DNA of 63,856 nucleotides, filler included, from Stramenopiles sp. TOSAG23-6 (taxonomy: Eukaryota), in assembly GCA_900128565.1 (NCBI GenBank). It is 3 parts of 3 records of this genome, joined end to end, with 100 filler letters (N's around TTAATTAATTAA, not from the genome) between each part and the next. Parts side by side here need not be neighbours in the genome. Positions count along the whole stretch, not along the records: positions 21,807 to 43,490 come from LT636027.1; 2 more parts are not named here. One strand, given 5' to 3'. Shown here piece after piece: positions 23,002 to 35,300 of this stretch (its first letter is position 1; each line of letters begins with the position of its first letter). The translations under genes were made by a program, and so were the position numbers. The notes under the pieces are model-generated. The model saw only the letters and a list, made by a program, of their open reading frames with translations, was not told where the DNA came from and ran no database searches.

Positions 23002-26000
23002 TTAAATCATTGGATTCCCCAATAAACCGCTTTTCATTAAAAATTTAAGTTTCTTTATAGCTGGTTTTTCCCAACTAGATGTACCAGTTTTCACATTATA
23101 ATAAAATACATTTCCGTTATCATCTTCACATTCTTCTATATCTGCTTCGTCTACTGCATCTTCATCAATTGTATCATCATTTTTCGTAGTGTATTCAGAT
23201 ATACTATTCTTCCCCAGTAAACCGCTTTTCATTAAAAATTTAAGTTTCTTTATAGCTGGTTTTTCCCAACTAGATGTACCAGTTTTCACATTATAATAAA
23301 ATACATTTCCGTTATCATCTTCACATTCTTCTATATCTGCTTCGTCTACTGCATCTTCGATAATATTTTCTTCATTTTTCGTAGTGTATTCAGATATTTT
23401 ATCGGCTGATACAACTTCCTGTGTACTATTATTTCCCAATAAACCGCTTTTCATTAAAAATTTAAGTTTCTTTACAGCTGGTTTTTCCCAACTAGATGTA
23501 CCAGTTTTCACATTATAATAAAATACATTTCCGTTATCATCTTCACATTCTTCTATATCTGCTTCGTCTACTGCATCTTCATCAATTGTATCATCATTTG
23601 GTTGTATTTCATGAGATACACTTTTGAATATTCCCGCCTTCACCAAAGCCCGCATCTTAGATATTGCCGGTCGTTCCCACTGACTTCTACCAGTTTTCAT
23701 ATTATAATAAAACTTATTTCCACTATCATCTTCGTGCTCTTCAAAATCAGAATCTAAATCAAATTCATTTGAGTCTTCATTTCTTAAAATGATATTCTCC
23801 CTAGGCTGTTCTGCGATATTTTGCTCCTCTACTTTACCTTTAGCAAAATCTTCTTGATCTGCTTGAAGCTCAGCATCTGCTTTCTTAATTGCAATTTCAG
23901 CTTGTTTCTTTGTACGAACTGCTTTCTTCTGTGCCTTCTTTGCCTCTAAGTCTAACTTTAAAAGTTCAGAATTCAAATTTTGTATTGTTTTCTCTATATT
24001 AACAATTGTTGCCTTATCACCCTTTAGAGTGGCATTCTTGACTTGTGATTCAGCCTCAACTATTTTTAATCGCATCTGATTAACTGCATCTAGACTTTTC
24101 GATGCTAACTTCTCTGTATCAGAAATCTTACTTTCCCATGAATTATTTAATGTATCGGGATTTGCTTGCTTGTCCGCAACTTCCTTAATATCTGATTTAT
24201 TATTTATTTGAGGGTTTAATAGATCCCCCGGACTATTTTCAGCTACATTTAAAGATGCATTTGCTTCAAATCCAAATGCATTTCCCATCATCTGTAATCT
24301 TGCAAGTGCTTTTAAAGTTGGCTTTGGTCTGTCCCATTGTGATACACCTGTTTCTTTATTATAGTAATATTTCCCGTCTTTACCATTACTGCATTCCTCC
24401 CATATTTTTTCATCTATTGGATCTTCGTTGCTATTGTCGTTATTCTTTGCCAAATTGGCTAAAAGTCCCATATTGACAATTGCTTTCAGCGTCTTTTTAG
24501 GCTTGGTCCAAGTGGTAGTTCCTTTCATTTTGTTATGCCAATACATGCGTCCTGTATCTGGATCAATCCATTCTTCCCACGTTCCCTCGGCATCTTTAGC
24601 TGCCTTCTCTGATAACAATTTACATGTTTTCCAAGCTTGGATTTCGGCTACATACTCTTGCTTTGCTTTTTGTAGTTGCTTTTGTAGNCATGCTTTTGGT
24701 CTATTATCTTCGCCAAGTTCTATGAGTCGTCCCTCAGCCTCTTCCAACAACAGTTCTTTTTTCTGAATTATCTTCTCATATTCAAGTTGAGGTTTCGCCC
24801 GTTTTTTGCGTTTATTTTCCCGTGCAATCTCCAATTTCTTCTTCGCCGCTGCGATATTCTTCCTACATTTCGCAGCGGCTACGATTGCAGCTTGGCGCGT
24901 TTCAACTTCAACTTTTGCTCGATTCATTATCACATGAGCATCCGCAGTAGTATGCATTGCTTCTGCAACATTCTGGAGTATTTCTAGTTTTTCCTCTGCC
25001 TTTTTGACATCAATTTTTGCATTTTCAACGTTCTTTTCAGCCTTTTTAAGATATTTACGTGCTTTACTCAGAGCAGTGCCTCCAACAATTTCAGCATCAA
25101 GAAGTTCTGCAGCGAACTTCGTCACTTGAAACTCTGCGGTGGCTAGAACTACTCGCCTATCTCGAAGTATAAGTGCTGCCTTTTTTGCAGCGCGCTCATT
25201 ATCAACATATTTAAAAAAGAGTCTCTTTTTTACTAGGTACATTCTCATTGTCGCTTGTATTTTAGTGTATGCCCATGCCTTCTCCTCTAGTCTCCGAGCT
25301 TCCATATATTTGTCGATATCTTTTTTAGCAAATACTTCTTGAGCTTCGCGGAACGCTTCAAAGGCGTCCACATCACTGTGCAATATGTCATACTGAAGAT
25401 AATTGAAATTGTTGATACATCTCTGATGGAAAGGAGATCGGTGGTCGCTAACTTCTAAGGCTTTAATATAATGCTTCTTTGCTCGCACATATTTTCGACC
25501 ATATAGCATCATTAATAATGCATAATGATATTGTGAATAGAAGTTGTCTGGTGTGGTAACTAAAGAGTTTCCAAAGAAACCTGTTGCAGCCATTTGATAC
25601 GATTTCCCAGTAAGATTTGCTTCTTTGGCACGTTGCGCAAATATCATGATTTGTGCGAAATCTTCTTCCTGGGTCGCTGCGAGGAATATTGCATATGTAT
25701 ACAGTACAAATGCATTATCTGGTCCACGTTTTGTCATTCTCATCATCGCTGTTTCCAGTAAAGGCCTCGCTTTATCGTAGTCATGTTTGATTGACAATTG
25801 AAATAACATAAAATTGCACAAATGTACCAAATTTGTCGGATGTTGGAGGTATTTTTCCTCTGCAACTTTCATTATGCGAATACCGCGTACCATTAATTTA
25901 AATAAGTCCCTTTGAAGCTTCCCTCTAAATCGTGTTTGTAAAAACCTTGCTGCATTGTTCTGTTCCGTTGTATGCCCGTTTTTTCTTACTTCGGCGTCAT

Positions 26001-29000
26001 TTATCCAGTCCAATTCATCTTGTTTTTGCCATGACTTTGGCTGATCCCAAACACAATTACCATTTACCCGATTTCTATAGAAATATACATCGTTCACAAA
26101 GTTTGCAGAATATCCTGATGCAACCCACTCTTCTGAAAGCCTAAATCTTCGCCGAGGTTTCATATCTCTAGACTGTAACTTTTCTAAATAACGATCCCAT
26201 TCAGTTCGTGTCTTTGGGCCATGAATTTTTGCAAGCCCCCTTCTCCGAAGCTTTCTTGCGTAGTGACCGCGATAAGCTCTTTGTATATTCACTGAGGCCC
26301 ACTTTTCGAGTTTGTCACGGCGAAGTTTGTACATAAGACTCTGAGCTGTTCTTCTCCACATTCGTTCTTTCCATTTAGTTTGTATATAGAGTGCATATTT
26401 ATTATCACGGCGTAGGCGTATTATCATTGTCCTTGCCATAAATGCTCGAAATAACCGTGTGATACTTTTCGATGCCTTGACTTCCAAAATTGTTTGTTTA
26501 AATAGACGAACCAGTACACGCCGACGCCATTCACTTTGCATTTTAATAGCCGCCTTTTCTTCGCGCTGAGCAAGTTCCATTTCAGCATTAGCATCTTCAA
26601 AGAATTTATTATAATCTGCGGCAGAAATTTGATTTGTATTGCTCCGCTTCACTATTTTACGCTTCAATACTTTTATTCTCTCTCGAGCTTTGATAAATAG
26701 TTCTTCAGGACCAACACCTTCCATTTCAATATTTTCAGTTGCATTGTAATAGAATATTTTACCATTTGGCAGAGTCTTTCTCGTCCAATCGTTCGAGTCT
26801 TTTGTAATACGACTATCTTGTGTGTTTTCTAAACTTTCTTCGGAGAACTGTAATAGTATCATTCGTATTACTGAAGTATTTAACTGCATTCGCGCTTCTC
26901 CCAATGGTGTTCGTCCAGCATAATTACGTTTGTTTAAATCGCTATCAAAATCAATAAGCTCGCGAATGCACCATTCATGCCCATGGTATGCTGCGAGGTG
27001 AGCTGCGGTGTCACCATCTTGATTTGCAATATTTGAATGTACACCACACTGTAACAATTTCTTCGTGACTTCTGCGAAACCATTTGAACAAGCGGTGTGT
27101 AAAGCAGTATCGCCATCTTGATCTACCAAATTGACATTAATATTGCCAAGAACTAATCTTTCAATACAATCAGAATGTCCACGATTAGCTGCATGATGTA
27201 ACGCACTGAGTTTCTTTGAGTCCTGCAGATCTGTCATAGTACCAAAATCGAGCATTGTTTCTATCGCATCTGCTTGGTCACCAACAGCAGCGTACATTAA
27301 AGGTGTTCGCCCATCAGAATCACGAGAATCAATATTAGTATGAGGATGCTCCATTAACATCTCCAACACCGTTGTTGAACCGATAAATGCAGCGAGATGC
27401 ATTGGGTATACATTAGCATTATCAGCAATATTTGGATCTAGCCTATACCGCCGATCATGCAACAGCAAATCTACTATTTTGAGACGCCCTTCTTTACATG
27501 CATGGTGTAACACCGTTCGCCCTTCGAAATCTACAAGCTTTGGATCTGCACTATTCATTAGTAACATTTTCAACGTATCAACATTGCCTGCTGCGGCAGC
27601 ATCCATGAGGGGGGTTATTCCCTTTTTGTCGCGTTTATCTTCAATTGCTCCCTTAGATATCATATAATCTCCTACTTGCTCTACACCTACTGCATTTGAT
27701 GCAGCTAAGCGATGCAAAGGTGTTTTACCTGCCGTATTTGGCGTATCAATATCTATATCATATCGAAGACATAGTTTCACAATTCGTTTTGACCCGGATT
27801 TTGCAGCATAATGTAGTACCCCATCGCCATCTTTATCCTTGATCCATACACGATTATATAGAAAATGTTCTTCCATTTGATTATAATCTTTTCTAATACA
27901 AGCAGAAAATACCCATTTGATTTTAAGCGCGTGATAAAAGCTTTTACTTTTTCGACCACGAAATATGGCCTGCAGCTTTTTTGCAGCTCGCAACTCTGCA
28001 TTTTTCCAAAACGCAATTCGACGAGCTTTTCTACCACGATAAAATCTCTGTAAATTAAGAGCAGTATGTAATTGACGCATTTCTACACTCATTTTTCTTC
28101 GGCTACCTTTTCCTCGAAAAAGAGCTTGTAATTTTGTAGTTACCATTTTCTTTTCTAACTGACTCTCATTTGTAAAAGTTGCCCAAAGTTCAAAACGATA
28201 TCTCATGTCTCCCATTATTTTACGACCAAACTTACGCCTTACCTTTTGTTGACGTATTCTATGTTTATGTAGCTGGACAAAACAAGTGTATAATTGTCTA
28301 TTTTTAATCCTACGCCCCATTTTTTGTAATATTTGTTTATTTCTACGGTGCCTTGCGCGAATAACATTTACAACGTTTCTGGAGAAATGACATCGAATCC
28401 AGTTTTGTAACTTTATAGCTGCCATTAGACGCTTCAGGAATTTTTGTGTCCTACAATGACGATACCATCTTTGTATCCGCAATTGTGAATGCTGCTTAAT
28501 TTTCAATCTAGTATTCTTATAATCCCTCCACATATCAAATGTATATCCTTGCAGACCTCTCAACGTGCGCAGCATCATTCTTTTCACCGATACAGAAGTA
28601 TGCGCCAATCGATGCCACTCTGAAAGAGCAATAAAAATTAGACGTCTATCAGTGCGGCCTATCATATCACTAACTTTTTTAAGAATACCCGATCGTTTGC
28701 GTCCCTGCATTCCTCGGAATCTTGATTGGATGAGTGCACATGCCTGTTTTTCCCTTTGTGCACCAAGCCAAACAAATCTCCAGCGTAAAAATGTGTGCTT
28801 AAATGTCTCTCGGTGACGTTTTCGGGAATTGATCTTACATTGTCTAAATACCTGCCATTGTTTAAATTTTCGTAAAACACCTGAGCGCTGGTGCTTGCGG
28901 TATAATCTATCGGCTCTTTTACGTTTTGCCTTCTCTTCCAAATACGCGGTACGACGAGCTTGCTTTTTTGATTTTTCCTCAGCAATTTTTATCTGTCTCT

Positions 29001-31323
29001 GTCGTTCTTGTTCATCAAGCATGTCCTGATACGCCTGACGCCTAAGATGAGCCTCAGTAGCCTCATTAGCACGAACTTGTTTTCGTACATCAACAAAAAA
29101 TTGGGCTTCCTCTTGTGCAATTCTTGCAGCCTTTCTTGCTCGAAAGTTACGCTGCAATCTTAATGCAGACCTTTCTAGAAGTTGTTCTAACTGTTGTTTA
29201 TAACTCCTTGCAAACATACGCACAAACTCCTTTCGCTTTTCCTCCTCATTGTGAAGTTTAAGGCATTTCGCAACCCAGAGATTGAAGCGGCGAATATTGA
29301 AATTTGTTCTAGCATTGGGCCCCACAGCAACGTAAGATGGGCGACTTTCCTTCTTTGATGCTGCTTCTTTCATTTGTGCTGACGGTCCCATCGCCGCCTC
29401 CCAAACATACTCGCTTTGAGAACCCATTGATTTAAGTTTCTCGAGTTCCTCTTCGACATTCAACTTTTGAATTTTACATTTATTGTCTGCTATAAATAGT
29501 TCGACACGGAGATTTCCAGTCCGTTGGAATATTCGTTCAATATCTAATTTACTAGATTCCATCATTCGATATTTGTTCTCTTCTTTCTTTACAACTAACT
29601 TTTGAGCATCGATTGCAGCAGCTTCTTTCATATTTTCCCGAAGTTTTGTAGCCATTTGAAGTCCCTGACCTTTGTCTTCAAATCGCAAAACAGCCTTGAC
29701 TTCATCATCAGTTTGTCTAAATTCATCAACAAGTAATGTTAAAAAATTTGCAGTCGATATAGCCTCTATCCCATCCTTTGCCATTCTATCACCTCTTCCA
29801 CGCTGACCTGTTCGAACTCGTGGTTTGAAATACAGAGGACTGTCAATCATTGTCATAAAATGTGATACTAATTCTTGTTTCTTATGAAGTAGTACACGCA
29901 GTATATAAGCACATGCTTCACGAGATAGGTATACTGCAAGCGTTCCATCTCCATTTGCCATTGGATGTGGTGATAAGACAACAAAATCAGCAGAAAGAAA
30001 AACATTTGAGGACTGTGGATCTCGAAGTTTGTACTTTGAACAGAGCGATATCCCAAGAGAAGTTTGTAACACATCACGAGCTTGTAAAAAGAATACCAAA
30101 TCATCTTCGTTATACAATTCTCTCAAAAAGTTAGAGTATAACTCGAAATCGGGTTCCTTTTGTCGTGTTGTATCTAAAACTCGTAAAACTTCCCAACATG
30201 CACGTAATGAAATCATTTCAAGACCAAATTCTTTCTTGATTGCAGTTTTAGTAAATAATGGCATGAGATGAGCGTCATCCATTGTTGCATCAGTGTTATC
30301 TCCGATACCTTTACGGCATTCAAGTTCATACCTCTGATCCCATATTCTATTTAGTAGTTGAAGAGTCCAACAAACTGGACGTTTATCAATGTCTCGAGTC
30401 ATCTTTTTCGGGGGGTATTTCTTAATTTTTAGTAGACTAACAAATGTACTATATACTTTCATTATTCGTGGTATATCAATCTCAACAGGTAGACGAGCCT
30501 TCGCAGCTGCTGCGGCGGCCGCCGCTTTGATTTCATCTTGTTCTTCATCGATTGATAAAGCCACATCTTCTGCTACGCGTAAAAATATTTTTTTTTCTGG
30601 ACTTAAATCTAATCCAAATCCTAATTTCTGAACAGCATGTAGTCTCTGAGCAATTCCCCTTGCTGTGGTATCGTCATCATCATATATATCTATTGCTTCT
30701 ACATTCGACGTTGTTTTATTTGTATTTACTGTATGTTGTCTTATATTTGGAGAATGTCGAGTTTTAATTGCATAAGGAGAATCTTCCAAGTTGGCAACAG
30801 AATTCAAGTCCTCTTTCGTGTCTTCTTCACTGAGCTGAGATTCGGAATCTGTACTATCTTCTATCGCAAAACTATTACTTTGAATACCCCTACGTTGTAG
30901 TTGGACATCTATATACGATAAATCTGCAAGGAATGGTAGCAACTCTTTTTTCTTCATTAAAACTTCCGTTGTCATTGTCACTCCTGCAGAGTTTGTAGAG
31001 TCATTTGTCTTCGGAGTTGTATCTATTTGACTTATTGATTTTTTTGTATGGCCTTCACTTGAATTCATTGAAGAATCGATATGCTGGGTTTTTTTTTCAT
31101 CTAGTAAATCCTGCTGTTGCTTGTTAATCATTTTTTCATAAAAATCACCAACTTTTGAGTTCTTCTTTTTCTTGCCCATACCAGTCGAAATGACTAAACC
31201 ATTACGTGATACTTCGCGTAATTTCCGCTGATCCTCTATAGAAAGATAAGCACTTGTCATCTGTCGGCGCTTGTTTGCCCTTCTTTGAGCAAGCTTCCCC
31301 CGATATTTAAGGGGGGAGCTCAT
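23002..31323 (-). CDS. Giant intronless IQ/ankyrin/WW-repeat scaffold protein (about 2770 aa)
   Basis: Many IQ motifs (LQRFYRGRKAR), about 10 ankyrin repeats (GDTALHTAC, GRTPLMYAA) and multiple WW-like domains (FYYNVKTGTSSWEKP). First ATG at 31323. Confidence 0.85.
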   Translation of the reverse strand: MSSPLKYRGKLAQRRANKRRQMTSAYLSIEDQRKLREVSRNGLVISTGMGKKKKNSKVGDFYEKMINKQQQDLLDEKKTQHIDSSMNSSEGHTKKSISQIDTTPKTNDSTNSAGVTMTTEVLMKKKELLPFLADLSYIDVQLQRRGIQSNSFAIEDSTDSESQLSEEDTKEDLNSVANLEDSPYAIKTRHSPNIRQHTVNTNKTTSNVEAIDIYDDDDTTARGIAQRLHAVQKLGFGLDLSPEKKIFLRVAEDVALSIDEEQDEIKAAAAAAAAKARLPVEIDIPRIMKVYSTFVSLLKIKKYPPKKMTRDIDKRPVCWTLQLLNRIWDQRYELECRKGIGDNTDATMDDAHLMPLFTKTAIKKEFGLEMISLRACWEVLRVLDTTRQKEPDFELYSNFLRELYNEDDLVFFLQARDVLQTSLGISLCSKYKLRDPQSSNVFLSADFVVLSPHPMANGDGTLAVYLSREACAYILRVLLHKKQELVSHFMTMIDSPLYFKPRVRTGQRGRGDRMAKDGIEAISTANFLTLLVDEFRQTDDEVKAVLRFEDKGQGLQMATKLRENMKEAAAIDAQKLVVKKEENKYRMMESSKLDIERIFQRTGNLRVELFIADNKCKIQKLNVEEELEKLKSMGSQSEYVWEAAMGPSAQMKEAASKKESRPSYVAVGPNARTNFNIRRFNLWVAKCLKLHNEEEKRKEFVRMFARSYKQQLEQLLERSALRLQRNFRARKAARIAQEEAQFFVDVRKQVRANEATEAHLRRQAYQDMLDEQERQRQIKIAEEKSKKQARRTAYLEEKAKRKRADRLYRKHQRSGVLRKFKQWQVFRQCKINSRKRHRETFKHTFLRWRFVWLGAQREKQACALIQSRFRGMQGRKRSGILKKVSDMIGRTDRRLIFIALSEWHRLAHTSVSVKRMMLRTLRGLQGYTFDMWRDYKNTRLKIKQHSQLRIQRWYRHCRTQKFLKRLMAAIKLQNWIRCHFSRNVVNVIRARHRRNKQILQKMGRRIKNRQLYTCFVQLHKHRIRQQKVRRKFGRKIMGDMRYRFELWATFTNESQLEKKMVTTKLQALFRGKGSRRKMSVEMRQLHTALNLQRFYRGRKARRIAFWKNAELRAAKKLQAIFRGRKSKSFYHALKIKWVFSACIRKDYNQMEEHFLYNRVWIKDKDGDGVLHYAAKSGSKRIVKLCLRYDIDIDTPNTAGKTPLHRLAASNAVGVEQVGDYMISKGAIEDKRDKKGITPLMDAAAAGNVDTLKMLLMNSADPKLVDFEGRTVLHHACKEGRLKIVDLLLHDRRYRLDPNIADNANVYPMHLAAFIGSTTVLEMLMEHPHTNIDSRDSDGRTPLMYAAVGDQADAIETMLDFGTMTDLQDSKKLSALHHAANRGHSDCIERLVLGNINVNLVDQDGDTALHTACSNGFAEVTKKLLQCGVHSNIANQDGDTAAHLAAYHGHEWCIRELIDFDSDLNKRNYAGRTPLGEARMQLNTSVIRMILLQFSEESLENTQDSRITKDSNDWTRKTLPNGKIFYYNATENIEMEGVGPEELFIKARERIKVLKRKIVKRSNTNQISAADYNKFFEDANAEMELAQREEKAAIKMQSEWRRRVLVRLFKQTILEVKASKSITRLFRAFMARTMIIRLRRDNKYALYIQTKWKERMWRRTAQSLMYKLRRDKLEKWASVNIQRAYRGHYARKLRRRGLAKIHGPKTRTEWDRYLEKLQSRDMKPRRRFRLSEEWVASGYSANFVNDVYFYRNRVNGNCVWDQPKSWQKQDELDWINDAEVRKNGHTTEQNNAARFLQTRFRGKLQRDLFKLMVRGIRIMKVAEEKYLQHPTNLVHLCNFMLFQLSIKHDYDKARPLLETAMMRMTKRGPDNAFVLYTYAIFLAATQEEDFAQIMIFAQRAKEANLTGKSYQMAATGFFGNSLVTTPDNFYSQYHYALLMMLYGRKYVRAKKHYIKALEVSDHRSPFHQRCINNFNYLQYDILHSDVDAFEAFREAQEVFAKKDIDKYMEARRLEEKAWAYTKIQATMRMYLVKKRLFFKYVDNERAAKKAALILRDRRVVLATAEFQVTKFAAELLDAEIVGGTALSKARKYLKKAEKNVENAKIDVKKAEEKLEILQNVAEAMHTTADAHVIMNRAKVEVETRQAAIVAAAKCRKNIAAAKKKLEIARENKRKKRAKPQLEYEKIIQKKELLLEEAEGRLIELGEDNRPKAXLQKQLQKAKQEYVAEIQAWKTCKLLSEKAAKDAEGTWEEWIDPDTGRMYWHNKMKGTTTWTKPKKTLKAIVNMGLLANLAKNNDNSNEDPIDEKIWEECSNGKDGKYYYNKETGVSQWDRPKPTLKALARLQMMGNAFGFEANASLNVAENSPGDLLNPQINNKSDIKEVADKQANPDTLNNSWESKISDTEKLASKSLDAVNQMRLKIVEAESQVKNATLKGDKATIVNIEKTIQNLNSELLKLDLEAKKAQKKAVRTKKQAEIAIKKADAELQADQEDFAKGKVEEQNIAEQPRENIILRNEDSNEFDLDSDFEEHEDDSGNKFYYNMKTGRSQWERPAISKMRALVKAGIFKSVSHEIQPNDDTIDEDAVDEADIEECEDDNGNVFYYNVKTGTSSWEKPAVKKLKFLMKSGLLGNNSTQEVVSADKISEYTTKNEENIIEDAVDEADIEECEDDNGNVFYYNVKTGTSSWEKPAIKKLKFLMKSGLLGKNSISEYTTKNDDTIDEDAVDEADIEECEDDNGNVFYYNVKTGTSSWEKPAIKKLKFLMKSGLLGNPMI
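23005..23600 (-). repeat. Three near-identical coding repeats of a WW-like unit at the C-terminus
   Basis: EDAVDEADIEECEDDNGNVFYYNVKTGTSSWEKPA[IV]KKLKFLMKSGLLG occurs three times, nearly identical at the DNA level. Confidence 0.9.
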
Positions 31324-31582
31324 CGCGGAAGTACAGTTGCCTAAACTGTACTTCTCACTAAAATAAAAATGGGTTAATACTGCGATCTGATGATTTTGGA
31401 GCAAGTCACATTCATTGTTACAGTTACAATTAAATTATTGTAACAGTCATACGTTTTGTTTTTTTGGTTCGCAAGACAAATCTTACGTAGTACTTGGGTT
31501 TATTCTACTAATTAGTTAGACAACATTTACTAGAATCTTAGCAATAATAGCCGTTATAAAGAAGACAAATACTCTTAGATAA

Positions 31583-32260
31583 ATGACTGACGCTGCATCT
31601 TCTGAAAATATTACCCCATATATCAAAGACTACGATTATCTCTTTAAGTTACTTTTGATCGGTGACTGTGGAGTTGGCAAATCTTGCCTAATGACACGTT
31701 TTGCAGATGGAACTTTCCGTGGTTCCTATATGGCAACTGTTGGTGTTGACTTCAAAATTCGCAAGGTAAAAGTTGGAGGGAAAGTTTGCAAATTGCAGAT
31801 ATGGGATACTGCTGGCCAGGAGAGATTTCGCACTCTTACTAGTGCTTATTATCGAAATGCCCATGGATTTCTGATAACCTATGATGTCACAGATGAAAAG
31901 TCTTTCAAAAATGTTACGCACTGGCTCAAGGAAATTGATGCGAAGGCATCTGATGAGGTATGTAAGGTTTTAGTAGGAAATAAAATTGATTTGAAAGACC
32001 AGCGTAAAGTTGGGCCGAGTGAAGGACAGGAGCTTGCGGAAGACCTAGAAATGCTTTTCGTAGAAACGTCAGCGAAAGACAACACGAATGTAAACACAGC
32101 GTTCACAGCTATAGCTTATCAGATGGTTAAACGAGTTGAAACCTTAGCTGCTGCTTCAGCAAAAACTAATGCACCGCGCACAGGTGTGGGTGGAGGTGAA
32201 CGTACAATTGATTTAGATGCTTCAAACCCAGCACAAAAAGGTAAAAAGTGTGGCTGTTAA
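31583..32260 (+). CDS. RAB1: Rab1-family GTPase
   Basis: YDYLFKLLLIGDCGVGKSCL, WDTAGQERFRT and GNKID motifs; C-terminal CGC prenylation motif. Confidence 0.85.
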   Translation: MTDAASSENITPYIKDYDYLFKLLLIGDCGVGKSCLMTRFADGTFRGSYMATVGVDFKIRKVKVGGKVCKLQIWDTAGQERFRTLTSAYYRNAHGFLITYDVTDEKSFKNVTHWLKEIDAKASDEVCKVLVGNKIDLKDQRKVGPSEGQELAEDLEMLFVETSAKDNTNVNTAFTAIAYQMVKRVETLAAASAKTNAPRTGVGGGERTIDLDASNPAQKGKKCGC

Positions 32261-32382
32261 ACTGAATAGAAGTATACTATTTGAAATTGTATTTACTAGA
32301 AAATCAATGTATATAGTAAGTAAACGTGTTTATACTGTAACATTTACTTGTAGATAACGAAAAATAAAATAGTATAAGTCCC

Positions 32383-35300
32383 TTATATTTTGGGTACATC
32401 ATTTGCGGTAAGCCTTACACCATTCAATTTTAATACTATATTTTCCTTCCCTAATTTGGAGACCCGATTAAGCCAGTTGTAATATATTTCCCATTTTTCT
32501 TCGTCCCCGTCACTTTCACTATCATCAACAGCAGATGTTTTGAAAGAAATCACGCCATCTGGGGGATTTACTTTATCTAATAACATTGGTAGTAGCAGAT
32601 TCGTGCCCGGCTCTAACTTAGAAGTGGCAGAAATTCCAGGGAATCGATTGATATTTGCGTCTAGAAGTTCTTGTAAAGAAACCGATAATTTAGCTGCAAT
32701 TTCTTCTGGTGTTTCATTATCCAAAGCATCATACTCCGGACACTGAGAGTTAATCTTCGTTTCTTCTATTTGTATCATTTCCAATTTACGGATGAAATAA
32801 TTTTCCATATACTCCACATCTTCAAGAATCAAACTTCCCTCCATATTGTATTTTTTCGCATTACTAAACATTAAATCAATATCATTGGCAAATGCAGACA
32901 AACTACGATATTTCCCAGCATCGATACTTTTACTTATCATGATTAAATCTATAGGACTTTTAATAAGTTTGTAATAATCTGGATATAACTCTTTATCGGG
33001 AAGTTCGAAGAACAATTCTGCTCGTTCTCGTTCACCATCACGAGCATTTGCAATAACGGACAATATTCTTCTTTGTCTTAATTGTAATGGCGTCGCATTT
33101 TTATCGAGCACATCATTGTGACTCCATTGCTCGCCATCTTCTAATTCATGTGTATGCAAAAAAGCTTCTATATGTTTCGCATGTGTGTCATACAGTTTCT
33201 GTGTTTCATGACTTTGATCCTTTTTAGGTGGAAGTTCAAGAGTAGTACCTTCGACAAGTTTTGCGTGTCTCACAAGACCTGCGTATATAAGTTTATTCAA
33301 TGCAAGTAATTCTGAAACAGGAATCAACAACTTTTTCGCAATCATAAAAGGACTTTCATCATCATTAGCTACATACACATGTTCAGCATTAATTCGTTTC
33401 TTTAATCTCGAAAATGTATCTCCGCTCGATTGTTCTGGTGCTTCTTCAATATCAAAATCATCGCCACCACCATCATCGTAATGTTTAGTCTTTCTCGTAC
33501 GAGTTGTTGAAATGATCTCGCCCTCCGGATATGCTACCCTTTTTCGCTTTGTTGTACTTCTTCGTGAATTTGTTCTTTTTTTCTTCTTCCTCGGACCTGT
33601 CGCGCCAGAGCATTCAGGGGCATGTCGTTTACCATTTCCACCAGGACAGTGACGAGTGCCATGACAACACACGCGTACGCCTGTTTCATCAATGTATGAT
33701 TTTCTAGCTCTCTTCCCAGTACGGACAGGAGTCGGGCCACTTCTTCGTCGGCGTCTGCGAGTTCTCGTTGCTCTAGATGGTGCACTTGTCCTTTCCTTCA
33801 AATACGAATATAACGTAGATACTACTTTACTTGATCGAGGGTTATGACCCACATCGATATCACGATTATCACACTCATCCAATAAAGCATCTCTAAGACC
33901 AGTGACATAATCTTTCTTTTCGATGAGTCGTTTTAATTCACTCATCAATAAATAATCGTCGGCAAGTACTCTAGCCAATGTAAGCCCAGCTCTATCTTCG
34001 AAAACGTCATCTGAATCATTGAAGTCATCATCTGAATTATCATTGTAACCACGTTTCCGCTTTCGATCTCGTTTTCGGTTCCCGTTACGAACACTACCAC
34101 GCTTACGCAATCGACCTCCTTCTAACTCTGCTAGCCATCCCTCAGCTGTCTCACGTTGTCTCTCAGTAAATGATGTTCTCATTGTGGAAATTTGAAGTAA
34201 CAAACTACACGCAACTTCTGTTTCATGAGCTGAAGGACCTGGGGTAGCGCCTTCGTCATCTGAAGTTTGTTCTTGGGCCTTATTCCGTGCAGTAACCATT
34301 TCCGAGACAAGCTCTTCAACTTCTTCTAAAAATAAATTACGAGTTGCAGTTGGCTCAGATGCCATGCTACCATCATTAAGCCTAGCCAAGAGACCGTCAG
34401 CAGATAACATATTTGGAAGAACTTTGGACCAAAAATCAGGATCATCGACATCAACATCGTCGCCATCATCATCATGACCTTTGAATGAAACTTTGTTAAA
34501 AAGATTATTACTCATCGCTGATGTTTCGCTGCCTCCGGTTTTCACTTCATGTTCGACTGTACGAGAATGTCGGCTAAGAATGTCATCAATACTTGCATTT
34601 TGAAATGATTTAGTTTCTTTGTTGTCATTATCTCCACCCATAACAGCATATGCTCCATGACGCAATAGCTGATCCATCTCTGAAGCCTGTAAAGCTTGCA
34701 TAGAACCCTGACCACCACTGCGACGACCCATTACCGCCTGTTCCATAGCTAACTTTCTTGAAGCGACTTCAAACATGGTCGACTCATACGAATTGCGCAT
34801 GAGGAAACGATACACAGTTACTTGCTTCTTTTGTCCAATTCGATGACAACGAGCCGTAGCTTGCATATCATTTTGTGGATTCCAATCACTATCAAATATA
34901 ATTACTGTATCCGCGGCAGTAAGATTAATACCAACACCACCAGCACGAGTAGAAAGAAGAAATACGAATCGATCAGACCCTTCAGCAGTGAAACGATCTA
35001 TACTAGCCTGTCTTTTATTTCCATGTGTACTACCATCAAGCCTCTCAAATTTAATTGATCGTAAATTTAAATAATCTTGAAGAATATCAAGCATAATGAC
35101 CATTTGCGAAAATATTAAGACACGATGTCCCTCTTTCTTAAGCTTGGGCAAAAGTTTGTCTAATAAAAGCATTTTTCCACTGGACTGAATTAAAGATGTA
35201 ATTTGATCCATTGGTGGGATCGGTACAATACTAGTAGCAGGTACTGAAGAAGAATCATAATTTTTTCCTTTGCGAACTAAATGTGATGGAACATTTTCTA

